Source: a virus
Lineage: Duplodnaviria; Caudoviricetes
Virus record (IMG/VR): IMGVR_UViG_3300042356_001602
DNA: 64,000 nt
Strand: one strand, 5' to 3'
The stretch's first letter is position 1. Each line of letters starts with the position of its first letter. The position numbers and the translations under genes are program-made. Shown in pieces: positions 44,090 to 54,123 of the stretch. The notes under the pieces are model-generated. The model was given only the letters and a program-made list of their open reading frames with translations. It was not told the DNA's origin and ran no database searches.

Positions 44090-44785
44090 ATGTCTATACA
44101 GTCCATAGAAGCGTTGGCCACAGATGGTGCGCTATCTTTTGACATAGCAGAAAAGTATCTAACGATATACTTAGGTGAAGCAGATTGGAAAGAAAAAATA
44201 GGACAACTGTGGACAGTCCAGAAAAAAAAATTAGGCGATGAACAAAAGGCTAAAGACTTTATCAAAAAATCTGTAGCGTGTGCGTGTCTATCGCCCATGA
44301 TAAACAAGTCAGCAATACCAGACGAGAAGCACGTATTGTTATTTTGGGTTGGTGGTTGGCCTCAGTTTAATGAAAGAGATTGGTTTGACCTATTCAAATC
44401 AATAGCCAAAAAAGATTTAGAGATAGAGATAAATAGAAAAATAGTTCTTCAGTCTGGAGTATTTAATCAGATAGATGTTTCTCCATTGACCAGACAAGCT
44501 TTCAATTGGATCTATGAAAGAACAGAAAAGGAATCATTCTCAACAGAAGAAAAGAAGCAACAAGCTTTAGAGAAAGTTAAAAACTTAGTTAGGATATATG
44601 GAGGCGCTATAATCTGTAATGTCTTTACAAATTATCCAATGAATATAGAAAAAGTTTTAAACTGGAGAAGCGGATATTTCATCGAAAAAGAAATATATAA
44701 GGTATACTCTTTGGAGCAAATATTGAAAATCAAAAAAGCAGAACTAAACAAAACTAACCCAAAATATATTACAAGCATTAAATAA
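44090..44785 (+). CDS. 231-aa hypothetical protein
   Basis: SD AAGGGGA and a clean ORF; no family recognised. Confidence 0.7.
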   Translation: MSIQSIEALATDGALSFDIAEKYLTIYLGEADWKEKIGQLWTVQKKKLGDEQKAKDFIKKSVACACLSPMINKSAIPDEKHVLLFWVGGWPQFNERDWFDLFKSIAKKDLEIEINRKIVLQSGVFNQIDVSPLTRQAFNWIYERTEKESFSTEEKKQQALEKVKNLVRIYGGAIICNVFTNYPMNIEKVLNWRSGYFIEKEIYKVYSLEQILKIKKAELNKTNPKYITSIK

Positions 44786-44800
44786 CAGGAGAATTGTTCA

Positions 44801-46897
44801 ATGAGCACACCAATCACCACGGAAGATACACAAGTACAGCAACCAACTAAGAATCAGTCTATGTTTATGTTTAAGATAAACGATGATTTTATTGAGGGCT
44901 ATAGGAAGAAGAAGCCACCATTTGGCTACACCGATGCTGCAGGAAATTCTGTTGGTGAAATTACATTTTTACGTACCTACTCTAGATTAAAAGAAGATGG
45001 CACAAAAGAAACTTGGGTTGATGTTTGTGAACGTGTTATTAATGGTATGTATTCGCTTCAAAAAGAACACTGCAAAACCTCACGACTTCCTTGGTCCGAT
45101 ACTCGTGCAGCAGCTTCTGCTAAAGAGGCGTTCGACAGACTTTTTAATTTGAAGTGGACGCCACCAGGTCGTGGTCTTTGGATGATGGGCACTCAAACAG
45201 TTAACGTTCACAAGAACTCAGCCGCTCTTCAGAACTGTGCATTTGTTAGCACTGCGGAAATGTCTAAATTTAATCCAGCAAAACCTTTTACATTCCTAAT
45301 GGAAGCATCGATGCTTGGCGTTGGCGTTGGCTTTGATGATAAGGGTGCAGACAAAGACTTTGCAATCTACGAACCGAATAAACCAACCGTGATTGATGTA
45401 ATTGCAGACGACCGTGAAAGCTGGGCTAGATCTGTTGGTGATTTAATCAATTCATATTTGAAGCAAGATCAAAGCCCTATAGAGTTTGATTACTCATTGA
45501 TTCGACCATTGGGTAGTCCTATTAAAACATTCGGAGGAACAGCTTCTGGTCCAGCTCCTTTATTGAAACTGCACAAAGCTATTAAGAATATATTTGCTGG
45601 ACGTGCAGGAGATAAGCTGACACGTAGAGACATAGCAGACATTGGCAACTTGATTGGCGTATGCGTAGTGTCTGGCAACGTTCGACGTTCAGCTGAACTA
45701 CTGATAGGTAGAATAGATGATCAGGATTTTCTCAACTTAAAAAACTCAGAAGTTTTTCCTGAAAGAAATTCATATGATGCTCAGAATCCTGGTTGGGGAT
45801 GGATGTCCAATAACTCAGTAGAGGTATCAGTAGGACAAGATTTGTCAGCCATAGTTGACGGCATAGCTAGAAATGGTGAGCCCGGTGTTATTTGGATGGA
45901 CATGTCTCGTAAGTATGGACGCCTTGCTGATCCAGTTAACAATAAAGATCACAGAGTCGCCGGGTTCAACCCCTGTGCTGAACAGTCACTTGAGTCATAT
46001 GAATGTTGCACACTTGTAGAGACCTACCTAGGTAGACATGATTCACTAGAAGACTATAAGAGAACTTTAAAGTTCGCTTACCTATACGCAAAAACAGTGA
46101 CACTACTGCCAACACATTGGGAAGAGACCAATGCAATCATGCAACGCAATCGTAGAATAGGTACTTCTATGTCTGGCGTTGCTGACTTTGCTGATACAAA
46201 CGGTATGCCCATTCTGCGTGACTGGATGGATCAAGGCTATAAGACCATTCAGAGATACGATAATGTTTATTCTGAATGGCTAGGCGTACGTGAGTCAATT
46301 AAGATGACAACTGTTAAGCCATCAGGCACAGTGTCTATACTTGCTGGAGAGTCTCCTGGAGTTCACTGGACACCAGGAGGTAAGTACTTCAATAGAACTA
46401 TTAGATTCTCTAACGACGATCCAATGCTTCCATTATTTAAAATGGCTAACTATAGAGTAGAGCCAGCAGCAGAGTCACCAGATACAACTAGTGTTGTTTA
46501 TTTCCCAATTAAATCTAATGCAGTTCGCAGCGAAAAAGATGTAACAATATTTGAAAAAATAGCACTTGCAGCAGCAGCTCAAAGATATTGGTCAGACAAC
46601 TCAGTATCTGTTACGGTATCTTTTAATGCAGAGACAGAAAAGCAGCATGTCGGAACAGTACTGCACATGTATGATGGTCAATTAAAGACAGTGTCATTCT
46701 TGCCTACAGGCAATGATACATACCTGCAGATGCCATACACTCAGATATCAGAAGAAGAGTATAATGAAGAAGGGCTAATGAAGCTATTTCCAATTGATCT
46801 AACAGGAGTCTACGCTGGCATGGCAGCTGACGCAATAGGAGAATCATATTGTACAACCGACGCTTGTGAAGTTAAATTCATCAAGGATAATAGTTGA
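44801..46897 (+). CDS. nrdJ: Class II (adenosylcobalamin-dependent) ribonucleotide reductase
   Basis: TFLRTYSR, PPGRGLW, ALQNC, GNVRRSAE, NPCAEQ, TVKPSGTVS and C-terminal CTTDAC. Confidence 0.93.
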   Translation: MSTPITTEDTQVQQPTKNQSMFMFKINDDFIEGYRKKKPPFGYTDAAGNSVGEITFLRTYSRLKEDGTKETWVDVCERVINGMYSLQKEHCKTSRLPWSDTRAAASAKEAFDRLFNLKWTPPGRGLWMMGTQTVNVHKNSAALQNCAFVSTAEMSKFNPAKPFTFLMEASMLGVGVGFDDKGADKDFAIYEPNKPTVIDVIADDRESWARSVGDLINSYLKQDQSPIEFDYSLIRPLGSPIKTFGGTASGPAPLLKLHKAIKNIFAGRAGDKLTRRDIADIGNLIGVCVVSGNVRRSAELLIGRIDDQDFLNLKNSEVFPERNSYDAQNPGWGWMSNNSVEVSVGQDLSAIVDGIARNGEPGVIWMDMSRKYGRLADPVNNKDHRVAGFNPCAEQSLESYECCTLVETYLGRHDSLEDYKRTLKFAYLYAKTVTLLPTHWEETNAIMQRNRRIGTSMSGVADFADTNGMPILRDWMDQGYKTIQRYDNVYSEWLGVRESIKMTTVKPSGTVSILAGESPGVHWTPGGKYFNRTIRFSNDDPMLPLFKMANYRVEPAAESPDTTSVVYFPIKSNAVRSEKDVTIFEKIALAAAAQRYWSDNSVSVTVSFNAETEKQHVGTVLHMYDGQLKTVSFLPTGNDTYLQMPYTQISEEEYNEEGLMKLFPIDLTGVYAGMAADAIGESYCTTDACEVKFIKDNS

Positions 46898-46907
46898 TAG
46901 GATAAAA

Positions 46908-47267
46908 ATGTCTAAGTATGAAGAAGACGACATTAATAAAATGTTTTCAGAAATTATGTCTTCTAATTCAATAGAAGGTTTGAACGACTCTAAAGACCAA
47001 GAAGTTATCGATATTAAGAACCTTCTATTAGTTCAAGAATCTTTAATGGATGCTTTAATCTGCATTAACTCTATGATCTATAGATTGTATACAGAAAAAG
47101 ATTATACTGTTGCAGAAGATACAGAAAAATATATGGCAGATCTCTATCAGGCTTCTGAGGATTTATTCATACATGTTTCTAAGTCAGATGCTATACTAGA
47201 TGATATGGATTTAGATCTGTTGAATGAAGACGAAGATTATGATGAAGAAGAAGAAGGCGAAAACTAA
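46908..47267 (+). CDS. Highly acidic 119-aa hypothetical protein
   Basis: ATG 46908 after AGGA; C-terminus DDMDLDLLNEDEDYDEEEEGEN. Confidence 0.65.
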   Translation: MSKYEEDDINKMFSEIMSSNSIEGLNDSKDQEVIDIKNLLLVQESLMDALICINSMIYRLYTEKDYTVAEDTEKYMADLYQASEDLFIHVSKSDAILDDMDLDLLNEDEDYDEEEEGEN

Positions 47268-47969
47268 ATGTCTATTGAGAATAAGACCATTGATGTACTA
47301 GACAAAGGTTACGTAAGACTTGTAGATAAAATGGGTAGCGACTTATCCGTAGTGAATGCTGCTAGAGCATCTTTTGCTAAGGAATCACATGAGATGTCTA
47401 AAAGCGATGCAAGACTTATAGACTTCTTGGCTAGAGAAAACCACATGTCTCCATTTCGTCATGCATTTGTTACCCTGGAGTTTAAAGCTCCATTGATGGT
47501 GGCTCGTCAGCACTGGAAGTACGTCGTTGGATCAGATCATACTATGGATTCTTGGAATGAATCTTCAAGAAGATATATAACGATGGACCCTGAGTTCTAC
47601 ATACCAAAAGTTGAAGAGTGGAGACTAGCTCCAGAGGATAAGAAACAAGGCTCACACGGCCTGGCAGACCCCTTTGTGGGCTCTCTGCTGACAGACACCC
47701 TAGCTAGACACGCAGAGCAGGGTGAGGCCTTGTACAACATGGCTATGGACAATGGGATAGCCCCAGAGCAGGCTAGATTATTCTTGCCAGCATATTCTAT
47801 GTATGTAGTCTATAGATGGTCATGCTCCTTGCAGTCTGTTGTGCTGTTCTTGTCTCAGAGACTTGCAGAAGAGTCTCAGTTTGAGATACAAGAATACGCT
47901 AAAGCCATAAAAGAAATTGTAGAGCCACTATTCCCGATAAGCTTTAAATCTTTGTTGACAGGACATTAA
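47268..47969 (+). CDS. thyX: Flavin-dependent thymidylate synthase
   Basis: VLDKGYVRLVD.MGSDLSVVNAARASF, HMSPFRH, NESSRRY, PEQARLFLP, QFEIQEYA. Confidence 0.9.
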   Translation: MSIENKTIDVLDKGYVRLVDKMGSDLSVVNAARASFAKESHEMSKSDARLIDFLARENHMSPFRHAFVTLEFKAPLMVARQHWKYVVGSDHTMDSWNESSRRYITMDPEFYIPKVEEWRLAPEDKKQGSHGLADPFVGSLLTDTLARHAEQGEALYNMAMDNGIAPEQARLFLPAYSMYVVYRWSCSLQSVVLFLSQRLAEESQFEIQEYAKAIKEIVEPLFPISFKSLLTGH

Positions 47970-47974
47970 CTCAA

Positions 47975-48142
47975 ATGGTAACAAACATAATTATTTCGCT
48001 ACTGTTTGCTATACTGATCAATTGGTCAAACGGCTTACAGTTTGCATCTCACATTGAAAAAAACAATAGAACAAGAATCATAATGTTAAGCGCATCAATT
48101 GTATTATCTTTTGCATGTGGCCTGATATTATCCATAGTCTGA
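47975..48142 (+). CDS. 55-aa membrane protein (not in the ORF track)
   Basis: MVTNIIISLLFAILINWSNG...RIIMLSASIVLSFACGLILSIV; two hydrophobic segments; fills the intergenic gap. Confidence 0.55.
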   Translation: MVTNIIISLLFAILINWSNGLQFASHIEKNNRTRIIMLSASIVLSFACGLILSIV

Positions 48143-48172
48143 TTGTACTAATAAGAAAGTTTCATAGACACA

Positions 48173-48799
48173 ATGCCAGAACTTAACGCTAATGTACCGA
48201 TGATCGAGTGCTATGTTAGAGGGAACTTCTTGAGAGATCAGTTAGACTCTCATGGTAAATATTTTCCTTGCATGATTTTTGGAGTAACAAGCATTCAAGG
48301 GAGAAGCCCACTATTTCATTTCCTAATGGAGGATGGAGGGATTTGGTGGCGCATGCCTATAAATGCTTTCTGCGAAAGACCAGGAGTTCCTGAAGTTGAT
48401 ATTCACGAACTTGTTCTATGGAACTCTTTTAGTCCTCACATAGCTGTTACTGAATTTCAAGCTATGAGAAATATGAGAATGAAATACGTAAGTAGATCTG
48501 GAGAGTTTGTTGACACAAAGTATCTATTCACTCTTGATTGGCATGCTCCAGATGACAATACTATAAACCTTGGATTTAGCACAAACCCTGGTCAGCACAA
48601 GTGTGGTCACGTCATGCTCAGAGATGATGGCAACTACGCAATACAGCCAAATAATAGAGTCAGATTATTCGATCCATCCTTTACGACTAAGGAAGGAAAT
48701 CTAATTGATAGGTTTGTCAACACTAGAAAATGGGATGTTGAAGATGCAAATAAGTGGAAAACATCTGATGATAATAGATACCATTATGACGTTACCTAA
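48173..48799 (+). CDS. Conserved phage hypothetical protein (208 aa)
   Basis: LNANVP.I.CYVR..FL...HKC.HV....DGNYAIQPNNRV pattern recalled from aquatic phage hypotheticals. Confidence 0.65.
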   Translation: MPELNANVPMIECYVRGNFLRDQLDSHGKYFPCMIFGVTSIQGRSPLFHFLMEDGGIWWRMPINAFCERPGVPEVDIHELVLWNSFSPHIAVTEFQAMRNMRMKYVSRSGEFVDTKYLFTLDWHAPDDNTINLGFSTNPGQHKCGHVMLRDDGNYAIQPNNRVRLFDPSFTTKEGNLIDRFVNTRKWDVEDANKWKTSDDNRYHYDVT

Positions 48800-49268
48800 G
48801 ATATTATATAGGACAAAAGAAAAGAAGTACATGCAATTGTGTATTGAAACAGCTAAGATTTTTTCTACGTGCGCAAAAAAACAGTACGCAGCGGTTTTAA
48901 TAGATGATAATAATCGCATCGTTAGCGTAGGATATAATGGTGGGCCAAGTGGACTTCAGCACTGTAACGATGGTGGATGTCCAAGACTACATGAAAATTC
49001 ACAAGCTGGATCTAATTATGATAACTGCATAGCAATTCACGCAGAACAGAACGCCCTACTTCATTGTGATTATAGTTTAAGTCCAAAAAAGATGTTTGTT
49101 AATGGACCACCATGCTTTACTTGTGCTAAAATGATAGCCAATAGTACGATAGAAGAAGTATACTACTTGGTAAACTCTGAATATAAGGATTGGGATAACG
49201 TTTATAATTTTCTCCAAAAATGTGGAGTATCTTTAACTGGAATAGAAAAATGGCAGCTGGAAAATTAA
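48786..49268 (+). CDS. dCMP deaminase
   Basis: STC...Q.AAV, GYNG, HAEQNA and PCFTC zinc motifs. Confidence 0.9.
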   Translation: MTLPKILYRTKEKKYMQLCIETAKIFSTCAKKQYAAVLIDDNNRIVSVGYNGGPSGLQHCNDGGCPRLHENSQAGSNYDNCIAIHAEQNALLHCDYSLSPKKMFVNGPPCFTCAKMIANSTIEEVYYLVNSEYKDWDNVYNFLQKCGVSLTGIEKWQLEN

Positions 49269-49486
49269 ATTACATTGTTACATATGAGGGACTAAGCCAA
49301 GTCTTTGGTTGCGCCTCAAAGAAGATTGCACTAGAATCACCACCGCCGGAAGGGTATTCATTAAAGCAAAAGAAAGTTTTATTCATTACATTTGAGCCAG
49401 ACAAAAATAACCTTTGCGTTTATCAAGTGCCAGAAGAAGATGTAATGGGCGCAGAGATCAAGAGTAAGAAACAAAGCGATGAGTAA
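49250..49486 (+). CDS. Hypothetical protein (78 aa)
   Basis: Overlapping ORF chain; start MAAGKLNY. Confidence 0.55.
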   Translation: MAAGKLNYIVTYEGLSQVFGCASKKIALESPPPEGYSLKQKKVLFITFEPDKNNLCVYQVPEEDVMGAEIKSKKQSDE

Positions 49487-49718
49487 GAAATTAAATACAA
49501 AGAAAAAAATTAATGTAAAAGTACTTCCAGGGCAAGCAGTATATGTTGCTGACATGGATAGATTTGATCATATAATTTCCATGTATGATTCTATGGCTAA
49601 AGATTCTGTGGACAAAGAAGAGAAAAGATCCTTGCTTCAGATAGCAGATGAAATTAGATTATACGTTAGAGAAACATATTTTAGTCCAGAAGAAGATTAT
49701 GCAGATGAAAAATGGTAA
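49479..49718 (+). CDS. Hypothetical protein (79 aa)
   Basis: Coupled overlap with the upstream gene. Confidence 0.55.
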   Translation: MSKKLNTKKKINVKVLPGQAVYVADMDRFDHIISMYDSMAKDSVDKEEKRSLLQIADEIRLYVRETYFSPEEDYADEKW

Positions 49719-49983
49719 GCATACAAAGACAGTTATAGTTTCTTTTTTGATAGGAACTTTATTAGCTAACGTATCATTTAGAAAAAAGTCTTTACAAAAA
49801 GATGAAGTTAACTGGATGCAGTACCTCAATAGGTTGCAGGAATTTTGCCTGTACGATCTAGAGGGTGCTAAACAGGAGTTTATCTGCTTAATAAATTCTG
49901 GGCTAAACTATGAAGAAGCATTTAACTTAACGCTTATTTCTAAAGCTCATAGAGAAATGGTATTAGGAGAAACCCATGATTGA
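49699..49983 (+). CDS. Hypothetical protein with an N-terminal hydrophobic segment
   Basis: VIVSFLIGTLLANVSF; start at 49699 or 49705. Confidence 0.5.
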   Translation: MQMKNGKHTKTVIVSFLIGTLLANVSFRKKSLQKDEVNWMQYLNRLQEFCLYDLEGAKQEFICLINSGLNYEEAFNLTLISKAHREMVLGETHD

Positions 49984-50791
49984 TTTATGTGTTGTAAATT
50001 ATAATACAAGAAGACTGTTGCAGAGATTTTTGGATACTTTGCACTCAGATGTTTATAATCCAAATGGTGCGCTCGTAAAAAACTGGAACCTTTATATCAT
50101 GGACAATGATTCTACAGATGACTTTGTTCCTTGGCTTAGAAAAAATGAGGAACGCTATCTAATTGATAGAACATTCCTAAGAGAGAACATAGGGTACTCT
50201 TCTGCAATCAACTACATGGCTTCCAACAGTAGCTCAGAAATAGTTGGAGTATTAAACGGTGACGTTTGGATGACCAGCGAAGACTGTTTAAATATAGAAA
50301 AAGCATTTGCTAATAATCCAAACATTCACATACTTGGGCCAAAGCAAAGAGATGAGCATGGTTATATAACTCATGCAGGAATAATCGGTACCAATACGCA
50401 ACCTAAGCATAGAGGATGGCGAGAGCATGATCCGCAAGACTCTCTTTATAAGGATCAGATTGATTGCGTTACAGTATCAGGATCTGCTTATTTTGTAAGA
50501 AGAGATGTATGGGATGATATGACTAATAATAAAAAGTATCGAGAACTATACCCTGATGCAATAGGAGCTTTTTTGCCAACGCCACACTACTATGAAGAAA
50601 CTTGGTGCTCCTACTTTGCAAGATACTTAGGCTACAACGTAGTATATGATGGATCAATATCGATTGGTCATAGCTGGCATGCATCAACGCCAAAGCCAGG
50701 AGAAGGCATCAGTCACGCAGACAAGTACTTCCCTATAAGTAGAGAAATATTTAGAAAAGCATGCGATCACATAGGAATAGAAAGAGATTAA
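49976..50791 (+). CDS. GT2-family glycosyltransferase
   Basis: CVVNYNT, MDNDSTD, NIGYSSAIN, LNGDV, VSGS, YYEETW, GHSWHAS. Confidence 0.85.
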   Translation: MIDLCVVNYNTRRLLQRFLDTLHSDVYNPNGALVKNWNLYIMDNDSTDDFVPWLRKNEERYLIDRTFLRENIGYSSAINYMASNSSSEIVGVLNGDVWMTSEDCLNIEKAFANNPNIHILGPKQRDEHGYITHAGIIGTNTQPKHRGWREHDPQDSLYKDQIDCVTVSGSAYFVRRDVWDDMTNNKKYRELYPDAIGAFLPTPHYYEETWCSYFARYLGYNVVYDGSISIGHSWHASTPKPGEGISHADKYFPISREIFRKACDHIGIERD

Positions 50792-50792
50792 T

Positions 50793-51338
50793 GTGGAAAC
50801 AGAAGTTTGCGATCCAATAGAGTTAATTAATCTTGACGTAAAGAAGTATATGATAAAAGATTTTAATTTTGAAATAATAAATAATCAAATAAAAGAAATT
50901 AGCAATACACGTAGATCCTCAGACATAACAGACAATAGATATCAAGATAGTATTTTCCCTGAAACTGAACAAGGTAATTTACTAAAGTCATTTATTACTG
51001 ACAAAGTCTCTGAAGTATCTGGCAAAATAATGAAGTGCGATGCTATTTGGGCGATTGTACTTAGCTACGGTCAATCAACTATGTATCATAGTCATAAAAG
51101 ACCTAATATGAAAAATTTAAATGATTTTTTATCCATAACATTGTATACTAATGTGCCAGATAATAGTGCAGAGTTAATATTCATTGTAACAGCTTTTAAT
51201 ACATTTGAATATCAAGTTAAAATAAAGCCAGAAGAAGGAATGTTGTTAATTTTTAATTCAGCTATTCCTCACATGACTAGCTTGCACTTAAATAAGGAAG
51301 AAAGAATTGTTATAAGTGCAAACTTTTCTCCGCAATAA
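50793..51338 (+). CDS. 2-oxoglutarate/Fe(II)-dependent oxygenase-like protein
   Basis: YHSH...LSITLY...PEEGMLLIFNSAIPH...ERIVISANF. Confidence 0.75.
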   Translation: METEVCDPIELINLDVKKYMIKDFNFEIINNQIKEISNTRRSSDITDNRYQDSIFPETEQGNLLKSFITDKVSEVSGKIMKCDAIWAIVLSYGQSTMYHSHKRPNMKNLNDFLSITLYTNVPDNSAELIFIVTAFNTFEYQVKIKPEEGMLLIFNSAIPHMTSLHLNKEERIVISANFSPQ

Positions 51339-51354
51339 AAAGAAAGAAAATAAA

Positions 51355-51756
51355 ATGAATGAAAAATTAAACCCGTGGATCTATAATGCAGAAGTTAAAA
51401 AAATAGTTGATGGGGATACATTTGATATCCTTATTGACTTAGGATTTGATACCTTTAGAAAAGGTAGAGTAAGACTTTATGGTGTTAATACTCCGGAAAG
51501 CCGTACTAAAAATATTGAAGAAAAGAAAATGGGGCTGGCTGCTAAAGAGTTTACTGATCAATGGATCACAGCTGCAGGTAGCAAAATTAAAATAGAAACA
51601 ATTCTTGATAAAAATGAGAAATACGGAAGAATACTTGCTAAAGTATGGAATGAAGCAGGAGCTTGTCTAAATACAGACATAGTTTCTGCTGGCTTAGCTA
51701 GAGAATACTTTGGTGTAGGCGACAAGACATTCCAGGAATTCAAGAAAGAAAAATAA
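51355..51756 (+). CDS. Thermonuclease (SNase-like)
   Basis: IVDGDTFD, RVRLYGVNTPE, EKYGRILA. Confidence 0.88.
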   Translation: MNEKLNPWIYNAEVKKIVDGDTFDILIDLGFDTFRKGRVRLYGVNTPESRTKNIEEKKMGLAAKEFTDQWITAAGSKIKIETILDKNEKYGRILAKVWNEAGACLNTDIVSAGLAREYFGVGDKTFQEFKKEK

Positions 51757-52160
51757 TGCAAACATTTTTACCATATCCTGATTTTGTGCAATCAGTAAAG
51801 GTTTTAGACTACCGTCGGTTGGGCAAACAAAGAGTAGAAACATTCCAGGTCCTTAACATATTGATGGAAAGAACTCCCACTAAGGGTTGGCGCAATCATC
51901 CAGTTACAAGAATGTGGACTGGATATGAAGAAGCTTTAAAGTTGTATCAAAACTATACTATTCTTGAATGGATAGATAGAGGTTATAAAAATAATATGAA
52001 GTTTGAAGACGTAGATCATTCTTCAATAATATACCCTTCTTGGTTTGGCGAAGATGTATTTCATAGATCTCATAGATCTAATCTTCTTAGAAAAGATTAT
52101 GAATATTACTCTGAATATTTTGACGAGCCATCAAACCTAGAGTACCATTGGCCAGTATGA
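51756..52160 (+). CDS. Pyrimidine-dimer DNA glycosylase (DenV-like, actinobacterial type)
   Basis: MQTFLPYPDF...LDYRRLGKQRVE...GWRNHP..RMW.GY...SHRSNLLRKD..YY. Confidence 0.85.
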   Translation: MQTFLPYPDFVQSVKVLDYRRLGKQRVETFQVLNILMERTPTKGWRNHPVTRMWTGYEEALKLYQNYTILEWIDRGYKNNMKFEDVDHSSIIYPSWFGEDVFHRSHRSNLLRKDYEYYSEYFDEPSNLEYHWPV

Positions 52161-52561
52161 GTATTACAGTGTATTTGGCAGGTGCCATGGATTATGTTGG
52201 CGATTATGCAAAAGGGTGGAGAAAAGAAGCGACCTTTATGTTGTCTCAGCGTGGGTACAAAGTGCTGGATCCAACCTCCATACCTGAAGCCAACAACATG
52301 TGTCCGGAAGAAATCGTGCAAAAAAATCTTTTCATGCAGAAGAAGTCTGATATACTTTTGGTTGAGTATATGTTAGAAGATCGTGCGTACATAGGAACTG
52401 ACTACGAAATGGCCTGGGCTAAAATGCATGATCAGCCAACGATAGTAATGTGTTCTAATCAAAATAAAGATCGCCCATACATGAAGTATATGTCAACTAA
52501 AATTTTAGAAAACATAGAAGATGCCATAGAATATATAACTATTCATTATCCAATTAATTAG
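52157..52561 (+). CDS. Nucleoside 2-deoxyribosyltransferase-like protein
   Basis: VYLAGAM, WR, DP, GTDYEMAWA motifs. Confidence 0.75.
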   Translation: MSITVYLAGAMDYVGDYAKGWRKEATFMLSQRGYKVLDPTSIPEANNMCPEEIVQKNLFMQKKSDILLVEYMLEDRAYIGTDYEMAWAKMHDQPTIVMCSNQNKDRPYMKYMSTKILENIEDAIEYITIHYPIN

Positions 52562-52570
52562 GGTACAAAT

Positions 52571-53281
52571 ATGAAAAAATATTTAGCTCCTGATTCCGGT
52601 GGATGGTCTAAAATTAATAGAGCATGGGTTGAGACCACTGATGATCTCTATATAGATAACATAGATTTTCAAGTTAGAAAAGAAGGTTTTTTTAAAGTTA
52701 CTGTTGACGGTTTTCCAAGACAAGGCAATAGATATCTTAGAAGAAAGATCCTTTTAGCTTTTTCCCAAGCAGCTATGCCATTTCCCTTGTGTCATAAGGA
52801 AGTTGCTTTTAAAGAGGCAATTAGTGATAATCATTTTGTTTTTTCTACTTTTAGAGATCCTTTAAAATCAGTCAGTTCTTATATATCTGAATTTATCCAT
52901 CACAATAATGTAAACGGAATTTTAAATCCTTTAAAGGATTATATCTATACTGAAGATGATTATCTTTATATAGAAAAATGTTTTTTATTCTATATTAGAA
53001 TGACAGATTTTATATACAATAATATTGATGATATCTTTGTTGTTCCGTTTGATTCTATTGCCGGCGATAACAATAATTCTTTAACAAAGTCCATTGCTAA
53101 GTTATTACCTGCTACAGAATATGTAGATCCTCATGAAGTAGAGCCTCATTCTAGCCGTGATATCAAAATGCAAGAATATCTTATGACCTCTAGGTTTGAT
53201 GATATAATGCAACTAGCTTATAACTCCTATGATAGAGTTATAGGATTGTCTACTACTAAAAAAGATAGGTTTATCTTATGA
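52571..53281 (+). CDS. Sulfotransferase-like protein
   Basis: GFPRQGNRYL (5'-PSB-like) and RDPLKSVSSY (3'-PB-like) motifs. Confidence 0.55.
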   Translation: MKKYLAPDSGGWSKINRAWVETTDDLYIDNIDFQVRKEGFFKVTVDGFPRQGNRYLRRKILLAFSQAAMPFPLCHKEVAFKEAISDNHFVFSTFRDPLKSVSSYISEFIHHNNVNGILNPLKDYIYTEDDYLYIEKCFLFYIRMTDFIYNNIDDIFVVPFDSIAGDNNNSLTKSIAKLLPATEYVDPHEVEPHSSRDIKMQEYLMTSRFDDIMQLAYNSYDRVIGLSTTKKDRFIL

Positions 53282-54021
53282 TAATATTAATTATAGGTTT
53301 GCCGGGAGCTGGCAAAACAGCGCTAGCTACTCAATTGGCAGCTAAGACTAACGCAATTCATATTAATGCTGATGCAGTAAGAGCTGATCTTAGCTCTGAT
53401 CTCGGCTTCTCTATAGAGGACCGTATAGAACAAGCGAGAAGAGTTGGGGCTATTGCCAGACTTATTTCTGATCAAGATAGAGATGTCGTAGTTGACTTCA
53501 TATGTCCTACAGAGGCTACAAGAGAATCTTTTGGTCAGGCCGATAAAATTATATGGGTAGATAGAATAGATGAAAGTCAATATAAAGATACTAACGCTAT
53601 ATGGCAAGATCCAATAAATTATGACATTAGAATAAAGCCACATCTTACTATTGAACAAGAAGTTGACTTTGTTATTGATCGATTTAAGCTCGTAGACTGG
53701 ACTAAGCCAACTACTTTGTTGCTTGGCCGTTATCAGCCTTGGCATGATGGACACTCTGCACTCAAGATAGAAGCCCACAAAAGAACTAATCAAGTTGTAG
53801 TTGGAGTTAGATCTACTTATAATACCTCAGAAAAAGATCCCTTTACTTATTCTGAAGTTAAACAGTTTATTGAATCAAAAGAAAAAAATCCTTTTGTTCT
53901 TCAATTTCCAAACATTACCAATATAATTTATGGTAGAGATGTTGGATACAAAATAGAAAAAGTTGATCTTTCTCCTGAACTTCAAGCTATATCTGCTACA
54001 GCTATTAGATCTAAATTATAG
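53278..54021 (+). CDS. Adenylylsulfate-kinase-like P-loop domain fused to a HIGH-type nucleotidyltransferase domain
   Basis: GLPGAGKT, NADAVR..L..DLGFS.EDR.EQARR, DFICPT; then LGRYQPWHDGH and ISATAIR. Confidence 0.8.
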   Translation: MIILIIGLPGAGKTALATQLAAKTNAIHINADAVRADLSSDLGFSIEDRIEQARRVGAIARLISDQDRDVVVDFICPTEATRESFGQADKIIWVDRIDESQYKDTNAIWQDPINYDIRIKPHLTIEQEVDFVIDRFKLVDWTKPTTLLLGRYQPWHDGHSALKIEAHKRTNQVVVGVRSTYNTSEKDPFTYSEVKQFIESKEKNPFVLQFPNITNIIYGRDVGYKIEKVDLSPELQAISATAIRSKL

Positions 54022-54045
54022 TCTAAAAATAATACTGCTCATAAG

Positions 54046-54074
54046 TTGATATCGCAAGTGCTCGATGATATAAT
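54046..54074 (+). promoter_or_regulatory. Near-consensus sigma70/SigA promoter TTGATA-N17-TATAAT with extended -10 TG
   Basis: Intergenic; -35 at 54046-54051, TG at 54066-54067, -10 at 54069-54074. Confidence 0.75.
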
Positions 54075-54123
54075 TACAGACGTTACATTAACAGGCGAAA
54101 GCCATCAATAAAAGGAAAACAAA

